Origin: a virus
Length of the DNA: 64,000 nt
IMG/VR virus record: IMGVR_UViG_3300038701_001123
Location: 165-64,164 of that record
Direction: 5' to 3' (one strand)
How positions within the stretch are numbered: the stretch's first letter is position 1; each line of letters opens with the position of its first letter. This document shows, one piece after another, positions 53,679 through 62,359 of the stretch. The notes beneath the pieces were generated by a model. It ran no database searches and was not told the origin of the DNA. It worked only from the letters and a program-made list of their open reading frames with translations. The position numbers and the translations under genes were made by a program.

Positions 53679-54055
53679 TTAATTTCTCTCAAGACAAAAT
53701 AGCCATCAAGACTATCTAATAAGAGACCTTCACGAGATGGATGAGGATCATGAAACATTGAGTCCGTTTCTCTGTCCCATACAACCAGATGACGAATTCC
53801 ACGAGGAGAAATTCCGCTCCTACCTACATATCTCGGCCAGAAATCTTTCTCGTTGTTGGGAAAATAATCTAATTGTAATCCATGAATTTCTTCAAGATGT
53901 TCAAAGAACTGCATATTCCACTGAGTAGGATCTGAATGATCTATCGGATGAGGAAGACATAGGTCGTCTTGGGCTAATGTATAGACGACAGCCCTTGTGC
54001 AGTCTCCGTAATGTTTAGGAGGCTCATGTAGAACTTGTTGATCAAACTTAATCAT
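53675..54055 (-). CDS. Hypothetical protein, possible papain-like (C39-type) peptidase
   Basis: GDCTRA ... RHLVVW ... HDP Cys/His/Asp spacing. Confidence 0.5.
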   Translation of the reverse strand: MIKFDQQVLHEPPKHYGDCTRAVVYTLAQDDLCLPHPIDHSDPTQWNMQFFEHLEEIHGLQLDYFPNNEKDFWPRYVGRSGISPRGIRHLVVWDRETDSMFHDPHPSREGLLLDSLDGYFVLREIK

Positions 54056-54570
54056 AGGTTCTCACAGGTGCAGGCGTCAAACTCTGGACTCTTATCATGG
54101 ATAGCCATGAAATCCCAATCAGGGCAGAAGTGCAGTTTCTGTGCGCCTTTCTTCTTGTAATATTCATAGAGGACCGCTTCGTGGTCCATGTTCTCAGTCC
54201 ACTGAACGCCGCACTTCTCTGCCAGTTTCTCGGCTGTCATTCCGGGTTTCCTTGGTGATTTACTCAGATTGGTGAACACGGCCTGACGTCTGTGATGCGC
54301 TCGAATGAGCCTCACTATACTCCGTGGGCTTACGTGGAGGCAATGACTTTCAATCTCGACCCGTCTATTGACAGGTATATCGAAATGATCTTTGTGGAAC
54401 CAATGCTTACCCAGACCTATCTGTCTCGCCATCAGAAACAGATTCGATCGGGAATACGGGAGGCATACCAGATGTCTCCGCCCGTCCGTAACCAAGGCTT
54501 GGATCGGAGGTAACAGCTTCAATTCGTATTTCAGCGATTTCAATTTGGGCAAGTGCTTTCTTTCCTTCAA
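54052..54570 (-). CDS. DUF4031-like protein (start uncertain)
   Basis: HL......L..MARQIGLGKHWFHKDHFDI. Confidence 0.5.
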   Translation of the reverse strand: MKERKHLPKLKSLKYELKLLPPIQALVTDGRRHLVCLPYSRSNLFLMARQIGLGKHWFHKDHFDIPVNRRVEIESHCLHVSPRSIVRLIRAHHRRQAVFTNLSKSPRKPGMTAEKLAEKCGVQWTENMDHEAVLYEYYKKKGAQKLHFCPDWDFMAIHDKSPEFDACTCENL

Positions 54571-54736
54571 CGTAGTAGGGTTGATAGTTCGTCGCCCCTA
54601 CAATATTCCCATCCCAATCGACGCCCAAGCAGACGCACCCGTCTCCAGGTGTAAGACCGATCACGATCCAGAAGCCTGGATACTTGCCGCCTGCTCTCTT
54701 GAAAACCTTGCCGACCAGATGTGACCAGTCACTCAT
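54407..54736 (-). CDS. Hypothetical protein
   Basis: MSDWSHLVGKVF...; large overlap with neighbour makes one boundary doubtful. Confidence 0.4.
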   Translation of the reverse strand: MSDWSHLVGKVFKRAGGKYPGFWIVIGLTPGDGCVCLGVDWDGNIVGATNYQPYYVEGKKALAQIEIAEIRIEAVTSDPSLGYGRAETSGMPPVFPIESVSDGETDRSG

Positions 54737-54920
54737 CGATTTCTCCGTTCGAGTTCTGCTTCTGGCGCTGTCCATCGATATAGATGGTGAAATCATCGCC
54801 CGCATGGTGGGAAGCATACCATTCTGAAACGCGCTGACAAGAACTACGTTTCGTGATGATTTCTGCCGAGCATTTACTGCTAGTCCGGTTGTTGAACCGT
54901 AGCCTGACTAAGAGGTCCAT
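54729..54920 (-). CDS. Hypothetical protein
   Basis: ORF track. Confidence 0.4.
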   Translation of the reverse strand: MDLLVRLRFNNRTSSKCSAEIITKRSSCQRVSEWYASHHAGDDFTIYIDGQRQKQNSNGEIDE

Positions 54921-55210
54921 CGTGTATTCCTCGCAACTTCTTGATTGAGCCAGTGGACAAGGTCAGTCGACACGGTGCGAACGCTGTCGTGGAACGTGTA
55001 TCCCTGAATACGCATCCCCTGGAGCCTATCGCGCATCTGTCCTGGGCTTTCCATAGTTCTGTGAATGGTCGTCAATGCTCCGACCACTACGATACCTGTG
55101 GATCGGTTCACTTTAATGCTGCTGTCATTCGGCAGCGCAGCTTGGAACTTGTTGAGTTCCTGATCTCGTATCTTGCTCGTCAGATAAAACGTGACGTGTA
55201 TGAGGCTCAT
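54908..55210 (-). CDS. Hypothetical protein
   Basis: ORF track; overlapping stop/start. Confidence 0.55.
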   Translation of the reverse strand: MSLIHVTFYLTSKIRDQELNKFQAALPNDSSIKVNRSTGIVVVGALTTIHRTMESPGQMRDRLQGMRIQGYTFHDSVRTVSTDLVHWLNQEVARNTRWTS

Positions 55211-55740
55211 TTCGGTTTCTCTTTCACTGGATCTGGTAGGAATTTCACATGAGGTTTCGAAGAGGAGCCCAAGCGGCGCACCCGAGGTTCAATCGGAAGA
55301 GTCAGATCAGCTTCACGAATGGTTTCCATCATCCGCTCTTCTATCTTCGAAAAATCCACTGAGAACATAGCATCGTCTCGAGAGTATTTCTCGATCATCA
55401 CCTGCGTAGCAGTCTTCTCCACCACAGGCTCGATACCGCGATACATCTCCTCGTACATTCGGCTCTTGGGTATCAGCATCTCCGACCCCATCAACCGCTG
55501 TGCTGCCTCCATCATCTGTATCTGATGGTCATGCAGAAACCCACCATATCTCATCGGAGGCGGGTCATCCTTGATATATCGACTGCGCCGCTTCCGTTCC
55601 GCTGCTTCTCGTCTCTCCTGGGCCTTTCGGATCTCCACAGGATCTTCTACCAATCTCAAGATCTGTAGACAATGAACCTCGCCTGCCTTCCGACACGCAC
55701 AGTATCCATGTCTCATCTCACAGAATTCCACTGCTTCCAT
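55207..55740 (-). CDS. Hypothetical protein
   Basis: ORF track; Cys-rich N-terminus. Confidence 0.55.
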   Translation of the reverse strand: MEAVEFCEMRHGYCACRKAGEVHCLQILRLVEDPVEIRKAQERREAAERKRRSRYIKDDPPPMRYGGFLHDHQIQMMEAAQRLMGSEMLIPKSRMYEEMYRGIEPVVEKTATQVMIEKYSRDDAMFSVDFSKIEERMMETIREADLTLPIEPRVRRLGSSSKPHVKFLPDPVKEKPK

Positions 55741-55984
55741 CTTGGGTCCTCTCGGAGTTGCTGCCCAAACGGGTTCGCGCGCGCATCTGCTCGCAAAATC
55801 TGTGGGTCACGATTTTTCCCTCGGCGACCAGAACGGCAGAATCACCACGCCGATAATCACCATAATGGTTCCCGCAATGGGATAATTCGGGCTGATACCA
55901 GCTCCGATGGTTCCGAACAGGAAGGCGATCGTTGCATTTCGTCTGATATTATATTCCATAGCGGCTTACTCCTGACCTTTACCT

Positions 55985-56024
55985 ATTTTAGCCGGGGGCG
56001 GGGTCTGTGACAAATTCTGTTTGT
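55985..56024 (-). promoter_or_regulatory. Promoter, family variant
   Basis: ACAAACAGAATTTGTCA-N17-TAAAAT. Confidence 0.65.
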
Positions 56025-56173
56025 CTTTGCTCGAATGATGAGGGATGCTCGCCAATTCCGGGTACGCGGGCCTTGCTTGGCGTGGGGTCGTCGTCACCGC
56101 CGGTCGTGGGGGCGGGTCACGGGCGGCAGGCTAGGGCAAGGCTTTCGCCCTGCCCTTGTGCCTTAGTGCTGCC

Positions 56174-56557
56174 CTACTTGGCAGGAACGAGCCATGCCTG
56201 CTTCGGGTTGCTGGCCCATGTCGGCATATTGTGGGCCTGCCAGCCACCACGCGGCGGGGCGATGCTGCTGGCCGCTGCACCTTCCACGAGAGCCGCCTTG
56301 TACTGTGCCAAGGTAAAGCCTTTGGGGTTGGCTTTGCTGAGGTCACGTGCCACCTGCTGCGCATAAGCGCGGTGTGTGCCGGGGCGCACCGGGGGCATGG
56401 TGCCAGCCACAAACAGGGGCGCTTGCGGTGCGCTGGCCTGTGCTGCCTTGCTGCCCTGTGCTGCCTTGGTGGTGGCAACGGTGCCCGCGCCTGTGGCGCT
56501 GGTGGCGGTGGGGGCGGTGCGCTTGGTGGTGGTTGCTTTCTGTGCTTTGGTAGCCAT
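56174..56557 (-). CDS. Basic Ala/Thr-rich protein encoded in the largest GA/TC-free island
   Basis: AAGGAACTACCAA-ATG leader; only one Asp and one Glu. Confidence 0.7.
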   Translation of the reverse strand: MATKAQKATTTKRTAPTATSATGAGTVATTKAAQGSKAAQASAPQAPLFVAGTMPPVRPGTHRAYAQQVARDLSKANPKGFTLAQYKAALVEGAAASSIAPPRGGWQAHNMPTWASNPKQAWLVPAK

Positions 56558-56762
56558 TTGGTAGTTCCTTTTGTTGTGTGCTTGGCGTTAGTGCCTTGCT
56601 ACACCATTTAACTTAGGAGTTGGGGCGGCATATGTAAACCCCCTTTTTGTCCCCTATAGCAAAAACTCGTAAACAGTTAGTTTCCGATTTAGGTGCTAAT
56701 CCGCCTTAATTCTGCCACATTTGTAGTGCAGATTGTAAGGGTAGTAAGAAAGGAACCTACCA

Positions 56763-56921
56763 ATGTTTAAGAAGTTTTACCAAGCCAAAGCCCAAGAGCG
56801 CAGCACCGAAAACGCGGTTGTGCGCGACCGTTACACCGACAAGGTGATTTTCCAAGGTACGCGCGACCAGTGTGTTGCATACGTTGGCGCGTTTGACCTT
56901 TGCTATGTGGAGGCGGCATGA
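56763..56921 (+). CDS. Small hypothetical protein (52 aa), divergent cassette
   Basis: AAGGAACCTACCA-ATG; MFKKFYQAKAQERST... Confidence 0.6.
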   Translation: MFKKFYQAKAQERSTENAVVRDRYTDKVIFQGTRDQCVAYVGAFDLCYVEAA

Positions 56922-57088
56922 GATACGTTTTGTTGCTGACCCTGTGGAGCGAAACCACGCCGGTCCCCGAAGTTTACGTTTTGGACCACGCGCTGACCGG
57001 GGAGGATTGCATAGCGCAGCTAGAGGAAAGCTACAGACCGGACAGCCTTGGGATCCTCAGTTGTGAAGTGGACGAGGGAGAGCAGTGA
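56918..57088 (+). CDS. Small hypothetical protein, divergent cassette
   Basis: ATGA overlap; MRYVLLLTLW... Confidence 0.55.
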   Translation: MRYVLLLTLWSETTPVPEVYVLDHALTGEDCIAQLEESYRPDSLGILSCEVDEGEQ

Positions 57089-57248
57089 TGCTCTCTTTTC
57101 TTTTTGATTGACCGGCGGGAAGAAGAAGACGAAGAGCCAGAGGGCTGGAGACAGGGACTAATTGAGTCTGTCGGTCAAATTCGAATTGATGCAGTCAAGC
57201 GGCAGGCGAAGAGGAAGAAGACTTGCTCAGTTCGTCGGAGACGAGGGA

Positions 57249-57494
57249 TCACTCCCTCGCCGCCTCCTTCAAGCCGCGCACGGTGGAGAACAGAATAACG
57301 ATCTGCTCTGGCGTGACGTCGTTCATGGACAGAAACTCCCCATCAGTGGCAGTCACTACCATGGAACCCTCAATCGGCTCCTCGATGCGGAAGAAGTTGT
57401 GCTCTGCAGAACTGTAGAACTGGACATCATCCAGGTCCACGTTCTGCTGTAGAGCCACGTTGCTGTGAGGATCGTAGAGCCAGAAGCTGATCAT
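57249..57494 (-). CDS. Hypothetical protein
   Basis: TGATG coupling. Confidence 0.55.
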   Translation of the reverse strand: MISFWLYDPHSNVALQQNVDLDDVQFYSSAEHNFFRIEEPIEGSMVVTATDGEFLSMNDVTPEQIVILFSTVRGLKEAARE

Positions 57495-57607
57495 CAGCCG
57501 ATCCTCCGTCCCTTGGCATCGTAGCGGCGGATAACTCCACCACGGGCAACGTAGTCAGCGGTCAGGGCTGCAACGTAAGCGGAAAGGTCTGTCTTGCGAT
57601 TGGGCAT
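57494..57607 (-). CDS. Small hypothetical protein (37 aa)
   Basis: AAGGAGG RBS; first gene after promoter. Confidence 0.55.
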   Translation of the reverse strand: MPNRKTDLSAYVAALTADYVARGGVIRRYDAKGRRIG

Positions 57608-57643
57608 CGTGGCCTCCTTGGTTTAAGCTGGTGTGGTACAATC

Positions 57644-57683
57644 AGAATAAAGCATACGGCAATCCGTGACAAACTCTTTTTAT
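57644..57683 (-). promoter_or_regulatory. Promoter, family variant
   Basis: ATAAAAAGAGTTTGTCA-N17-TATTCT. Confidence 0.65.
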
Positions 57684-57829
57684 CTCCACGTTTTATCTCC
57701 AAATTTATACGGAGGAAGAGGAAGAAGACGGACATACCTGCGGAGACAAAGTGATAATATGACTCTGTCGATCAAATTGAAGGAAACAGCTTGTCGGTCA
57801 AAAAGACAATATGACTCTGTCGGTCAAAA

Positions 57830-58459
57830 TCAATCTTCATCATTGCCCAAGAGAGGAGCGCCGGGGGTGATGTCTTTCGCAGCGCCGAACCTCGACTCCC
57901 AATCATCGATGCTCTCCATCTCGGCAGGAGCCACAAGGACACCGCCAGTGTGATTGACCTTAAACTCTTTCTTATCTCGATAGCCCTCGTCATGCTTTTT
58001 GAGTTCCAGTTCAATCAGTCGGATAGGGTAATCGTAGCTTGTCTCAATGAGATTGCCGTCTTTGTCGTAGCGGTTCTTCTCCACGCCATTGAACACGAGG
58101 TTCTGGTGGTGGGAGACCAGCTTATCTCGATATTCTTCCTCCTGCATGTAGAGGGCCTCGGCGAACTCTTCATCTTCTTCTATGTGCCGACGGACTGTGC
58201 CTGGAGTGACACCCGCTGCGGCAGCGGCTTCTCCCATCCTTCCCCATTTGGCATACTCTCGGAGGAATATCTCCTTGGCGACATCGTCGAATTTATCTCG
58301 AGACATACGGATCACAGTCCGCCATTCTCCAGTTATCTCGTCCTGTATCTCCACCTTTACGGGTTTCGATCCTCGACTGATAAGAGAGCGAAGACGGGGC
58401 TGCATCGTGTACTTCCCGTTGTCGTAATCTTCTTTGTACTGCTCGATGTCGTCTGTCAT
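57830..58459 (-). CDS. terS: Terminase small subunit-like protein
   Basis: FLREYAKWG.MGEAAAAAGVTPGTVRRH HTH; GVEKNRY; GYRDKKE..VNHTGG. Confidence 0.7.
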   Translation of the reverse strand: MTDDIEQYKEDYDNGKYTMQPRLRSLISRGSKPVKVEIQDEITGEWRTVIRMSRDKFDDVAKEIFLREYAKWGRMGEAAAAAGVTPGTVRRHIEEDEEFAEALYMQEEEYRDKLVSHHQNLVFNGVEKNRYDKDGNLIETSYDYPIRLIELELKKHDEGYRDKKEFKVNHTGGVLVAPAEMESIDDWESRFGAAKDITPGAPLLGNDED

Positions 58460-58589
58460 CGTTGTCTTCCTATTTAAGCACGTCCACGCGCGAGAAAAGA
58501 ATGAGGAGATCTCCCGTTAAACACTACCCTGACAGATGGCCCAAGAGCAAGCGCATTATCTCCAGATTTCAGGCTTCAAGACAGTCCTT

Positions 58590-58850
58590 CTGTTTAGTGT
58601 AGTCAGCCGACTTCTGGACAGACCACGTCAACCCCTTGTTATTACTTCATTTCTACTACTTCTATAAATACTAAATACTATCTACTACAGGCTACCCCAT
58701 AACTTCCACAGCGGAGACCTCCCCGGCCCTGCACTTTGGGCTTAGTGTAGGCTTGCCAGAAGTATTTATTTAGTCACAGGAGAAAACTTTGACTTTACAA
58801 CAACATAACAGAACACTACTATACGTCTATCATACTACACGACAAAAAGG
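58590..58850. repeat. Second CTACTAC/TAGTGTAG-rich non-coding element sharing a core with 30.1 kb region
   Basis: GCCCTGCAC..TGGGC..AGTGT..TTGCCAG core at 58726 matches 30150; many short ACTA-type repeats. Confidence 0.55.
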
Positions 58851-58859
58851 ACGACCTCA

Positions 58860-59501
58860 ATGTGGAACCCATTGCAGCCAGTTCGGGACACGGCAGGCCT
58901 CAGCCCAAGGACGCATATCTCCCATCCCCAGTCAATATATAACCCATACGACCCGAAGAATATGACAGCACAGCTATCGCTCTACAACTGGTGCAGCGGC
59001 ATGGACTATGTGAACGGAGCTGGTATTGCTGATCTTCATGAGTTCCTGTTCGGGGCTGGCTCGCCGGTAACATCTCGGCAAATGGGCATGACAATTATTC
59101 AGGCGACGCAGTACGACCCAAGGAAGCTGAAAGCCAAGACGCTGGACAACGATCATGCGAAGAAGATGTATGTGTTCAAAAACCCACTCGACCTGAAATA
59201 CGGCCTGGAGTGGATGCTCAGCATGTGGATCTGGAACCTGGAATGGGCGTATGCTGATATTGCGAGGCAAGAGAACCGACTGCAAATCATGCAAGAAATT
59301 TTTGACGAACTAGGCTCGTGCGAGAGCGATAAACTGAATACCGAGTTTATTGAGCGCGTTTGGGAAGGCGATCTGTATGAGATGAGCCTGAATGAGCCGA
59401 AGCCTGACTGGCCTGCTCTTTGGGCTAAGTTTGGTTGGGAACGAGAACCGGCAATGACGGCTCCGACGGAACGGGGTGATAAGCCAAGGTCTCTGATGTG
59501 A
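58860..59501 (+). CDS. Hypothetical protein (plus strand)
   Basis: 213-aa ORF, AAGGA RBS; no better minus-strand ORF. Confidence 0.65.
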   Translation: MWNPLQPVRDTAGLSPRTHISHPQSIYNPYDPKNMTAQLSLYNWCSGMDYVNGAGIADLHEFLFGAGSPVTSRQMGMTIIQATQYDPRKLKAKTLDNDHAKKMYVFKNPLDLKYGLEWMLSMWIWNLEWAYADIARQENRLQIMQEIFDELGSCESDKLNTEFIERVWEGDLYEMSLNEPKPDWPALWAKFGWEREPAMTAPTERGDKPRSLM

Positions 59502-59677
59502 TGGAAGAGCAATTCACATATCTCTGCAAGGCGACATATCTGTATCTGGCGAATGACAAATGGCCCAGGAACATAATGATGTTCCCGAGCCTGCAAGCGT
59601 TCGAAGAGTGGTGTGAGAAGTATCCGATGCAGGCTGAGAAAGTGAATAGTGGCGATCTCAGCCCGCTGTTTCGTTAA
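59501..59677 (+). CDS. Small hypothetical protein (58 aa)
   Basis: TGATG coupling to upstream gene. Confidence 0.55.
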   Translation: MEEQFTYLCKATYLYLANDKWPRNIMMFPSLQAFEEWCEKYPMQAEKVNSGDLSPLFR

Positions 59678-59931
59678 TTCAGTTTACCCCTCAGCAGTTC
59701 ACCGAGATCGGGAATCATATGGCCCTCGGTCTCGTCCATGGTCTTCTTCAGCGTGATAAACCTGTTGAGGTTCTCGAAGACAGCGTCGAAGAGTTCCTGC
59801 GCCCGCGCCTTGGCTTTCTCGCCTTCTTTGTTGCGACCAGCGTTGAGTTCCACCTGATATTGCGTTGTGCGGAACTCGAGCTCTTTCCACTTTTCGTCTG
59901 TGTCTTTCCGGATATCGCAGAGTTCACACAT
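59674..59931 (-). CDS. Hypothetical protein
   Basis: TAATG coupling. Confidence 0.6.
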   Translation of the reverse strand: MCELCDIRKDTDEKWKELEFRTTQYQVELNAGRNKEGEKAKARAQELFDAVFENLNRFITLKKTMDETEGHMIPDLGELLRGKLN

Positions 59932-60296
59932 TAGAGTAATTCCTTCAGTTTGTTTTCGTGGTGAAGTTGAGTTTTGAGGATGATATGGCGCAGGATCATC
60001 TCCGACCAGCGGTCGTCAGGGAGTTCTACCCATTCGAAATCGTTCTGGTGCTGCATCTGGAGTTCGCTGCGCTCGCCGCTGGAATACCATCTGGCAGAGA
60101 TGCGTCTTTCCCGAGGCAGTTTGATCCAGCAGGTTGATATTCCACGTTCAGAGTAGTCCATACCGCCGAATTCGCCCCGCGTGATTTCCTCGAGCAGGGT
60201 TTGCACCTTTTCAGGGACCGCGCTGGATGCAGCGCCACGGGCTACCCTACCACCAGCACGCCCACAGGCTCCCAGGATGCGTCTGAGCAATCCCAT
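59931..60296 (-). CDS. Hypothetical protein
   Basis: TAATG coupling; N-terminus overlaps bipartite element C. Confidence 0.55.
   Translation of the reverse strand: MGLLRRILGACGRAGGRVARGAASSAVPEKVQTLLEEITRGEFGGMDYSERGISTCWIKLPRERRISARWYSSGERSELQMQHQNDFEWVELPDDRWSEMILRHIILKTQLHHENKLKELL
60215..60257 (+). repeat. Bipartite element copy C: GGACCGCGCTGGA-N21-ACCACCAGC
   Basis: Direct read; GA/TC-free 60227-60270. Confidence 0.85.
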
Positions 60297-60808
60297 TACA
60301 GGCTCCGCAAATGGGCCAGCGCGGCAATTGCGTCTTCAGCTTGGTCCAGAGCATCTTGGCTGGCAACGTGTGCTGTGACACGATCAGGCCGCACCCATCC
60401 CTTCATCTTGGCGATGTCGAAGAGAGTGCGCGTGTCCCGGTGCTGGTGGTATCTCCAGGGAGACTGACCACCCATGTAGAATTCGGCAATCGGGATATCG
60501 AACGTAGCGCCGTGAGACCAGACCAGTTCACAAGCGTTCTTCTGCCAGATACCACAGAGTTCCGTCATCACCTGATGGATCGGCACACCGCCGGAGATCA
60601 GCGCGTCCGTTGCCTTTCCTTCTTGGGTTTTCCACCAGTTGACAGTTTCAGTGTCAACTGTTCCACCAGCGATCAGGGACGAGGCGACGTTGATCACCCA
60701 ACCGCCCCAGCCATGGACACGGTCATGGTCAAACACTGCGAAGCCCAAGGAGGCGACCGCCGCATTCTGCGACAGTGCAAATGTTTCGAAGTCAATCATA
60801 AGGTTCAT
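60296..60808 (-). CDS. DEDDh 3'-5' exonuclease (Rv2179c-like)
   Basis: LMIDFET, VWSHGATFD, RDTRT, HVASQDA. Confidence 0.85.
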   Translation of the reverse strand: MNLMIDFETFALSQNAAVASLGFAVFDHDRVHGWGGWVINVASSLIAGGTVDTETVNWWKTQEGKATDALISGGVPIHQVMTELCGIWQKNACELVWSHGATFDIPIAEFYMGGQSPWRYHQHRDTRTLFDIAKMKGWVRPDRVTAHVASQDALDQAEDAIAALAHLRSL

Positions 60809-61002
60809 GAGGTTATCTCCACTCTTCTGGCTCTCCAGCCTTCACGTTTCATTTGTTCGATTTCAGATTTCACTGAACGACCGCCCTGCATCAACATTTC
60901 CCAGTCACGACAGTTGTCCCACGCATCTTTCGCATTGCTTGCAGGCGGCGAGAACCAAACTCCCATTCCGGGATGGCAGATCATCCAGCAGTATTCTTTC
61001 AC
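60805..61002 (-). CDS. Hypothetical protein
   Basis: ORF track; ATGA overlap. Confidence 0.55.
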   Translation of the reverse strand: MKEYCWMICHPGMGVWFSPPASNAKDAWDNCRDWEMLMQGGRSVKSEIEQMKREGWRARRVEITS

Positions 61003-61164
61003 TTCAACATCTCCTCGATGTTGCGAGCCATGCCTTTGCAGAACATACGGAGATCTTCCCGTTCCCGGCGCAGCTTTTCGATTTCGCGTACCGCCGCCTC
61101 GGCGATAGGCTTCGGGTTCGGCACAGGTGCGCCGTTGGCGATACAGCGCAAGGCTTTGAGTTGA

Positions 61165-61401
61165 TCACCAGTCACGGTTCGCAGCCTTGAATTGACGCCA
61201 CAGCCATTCGGCCCACAGGACGATGATCGCCACGTCCACCGACATCAGGAACCAGTCGCCGTTCTGGTAGTCGATCCAGAGCAGATATGGTCCCACGATG
61301 CAGGAGATCAGCATGGCGAGCAGGACAAGTATGAAGCGGATCATTGTGTAAACCTCACGTAATCTTGGACTTCGGTCAGCATGAAGATAGGGCTGGCCCA
61401 T
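61165..61401 (-). CDS. Small membrane protein (start likely MIRFIL)
   Basis: Two TM segments. Confidence 0.55.
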   Translation of the reverse strand: MGQPYLHADRSPRLREVYTMIRFILVLLAMLISCIVGPYLLWIDYQNGDWFLMSVDVAIIVLWAEWLWRQFKAANRDW

Positions 61402-61661
61402 TGTCCATCATTGTTCCCCAAGAGAACGCCGCAACCGTGAACTCGGTGTGAACCAATTCGGAAACCAGGAATGGCTCCATCCACAGTTTTCTGGGCGAGT
61501 AGATTGTCGCCGTTGGGGAAAGTCGCAGCGACCATCACATCTTGTACTCGATGGTCCAGCCAGCCCATGATCTTGTAGAGGCTCTGGATATCCGTGGTTT
61601 CAACCTGACTTTGATTGACCGAGGTAATCCACGGATTGATAAGGATAACATTCATTTTCAT
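61341..61661 (-). CDS. Hypothetical protein
   Basis: ORF track. Confidence 0.55.
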   Translation of the reverse strand: MKMNVILINPWITSVNQSQVETTDIQSLYKIMGWLDHRVQDVMVAATFPNGDNLLAQKTVDGAIPGFRIGSHRVHGCGVLLGNNDGQWASPIFMLTEVQDYVRFTQ

Positions 61662-62032
61662 GGCAGAATACAGACCTCCAGCTTTTCTTCGAACCCATCG
61701 TCGTAGAAGGCCGAGATGATGTCGCCGGGTGCATCAGTGTCAATGAAGATCGCTGAATCCAAGCGCCAAGCGTGATCACCAAAAGAATGTCTGATAACGG
61801 ATCCCTTGATGCGTTCCAGGTGAGCAGTGCAGACACTTTCGCCGCCAGCGTCATAGCTGATACGATACCGGATCACTGGATTGTATCCACCATCGGCGAC
61901 ACGCTGCTCCCAGAGCCGAGCATCTCGTGTGTGACGGTCAGCATCAGCCGTGTCACCATCTTGTCTTGCCAGCCCAGCCATCTCCCAATGCTGATCGGCC
62001 TTGCGGCGGCAGTCTTCAGCAGAGTAACTCAT
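61658..62032 (-). CDS. Hypothetical protein
   Basis: GAGGAG RBS. Confidence 0.6.
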   Translation of the reverse strand: MSYSAEDCRRKADQHWEMAGLARQDGDTADADRHTRDARLWEQRVADGGYNPVIRYRISYDAGGESVCTAHLERIKGSVIRHSFGDHAWRLDSAIFIDTDAPGDIISAFYDDGFEEKLEVCILP

Positions 62033-62289
62033 ACGAGATACTCCTCATGCTTGTGAGGATGAGCCTCGATCTCGAACACAGCGTTCGGCCAAGGACCATT
62101 GTGTTTCCAGCCGTTGCGCTGTTCTTTCGCAGCTTTGATAAGATGTTCGTCGGTGATGTGATCCAGCCGGTTCAGCCAAGGCATCGTCTTGAACTTGGAA
62201 GTGCTGGTGATCGTACAGATCAAGCGGCGGGGAGCATGATGTCCTTCTTCACGGACCCACAGTTTCACACATTTAAGATCATTGGTCAT
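62029..62289 (-). CDS. Hypothetical protein
   Basis: GAAAGGCTACC leader after promoter. Confidence 0.65.
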   Translation of the reverse strand: MTNDLKCVKLWVREEGHHAPRRLICTITSTSKFKTMPWLNRLDHITDEHLIKAAKEQRNGWKHNGPWPNAVFEIEAHPHKHEEYLV

Positions 62290-62318
62290 AGTGGTAGCCT
62301 TTCATAACTTGCCCCTAC

Positions 62319-62359
62319 AGTATGCCATAGGGGCAAGTAGTGTGACAAATTCTATTTGT
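62319..62359 (-). promoter_or_regulatory. Early promoter with 11-bp inverted repeat around the -10
   Basis: ACAAATAGAATTTGTCA-N18-CATACT; ACTTGCCCCTA/TAGGGGCAAGT. Confidence 0.7.

Noticed and set aside
52161-53702. 513-aa plus-strand ORF
   Set aside because: Exact antisense of terL; shadow ORF.
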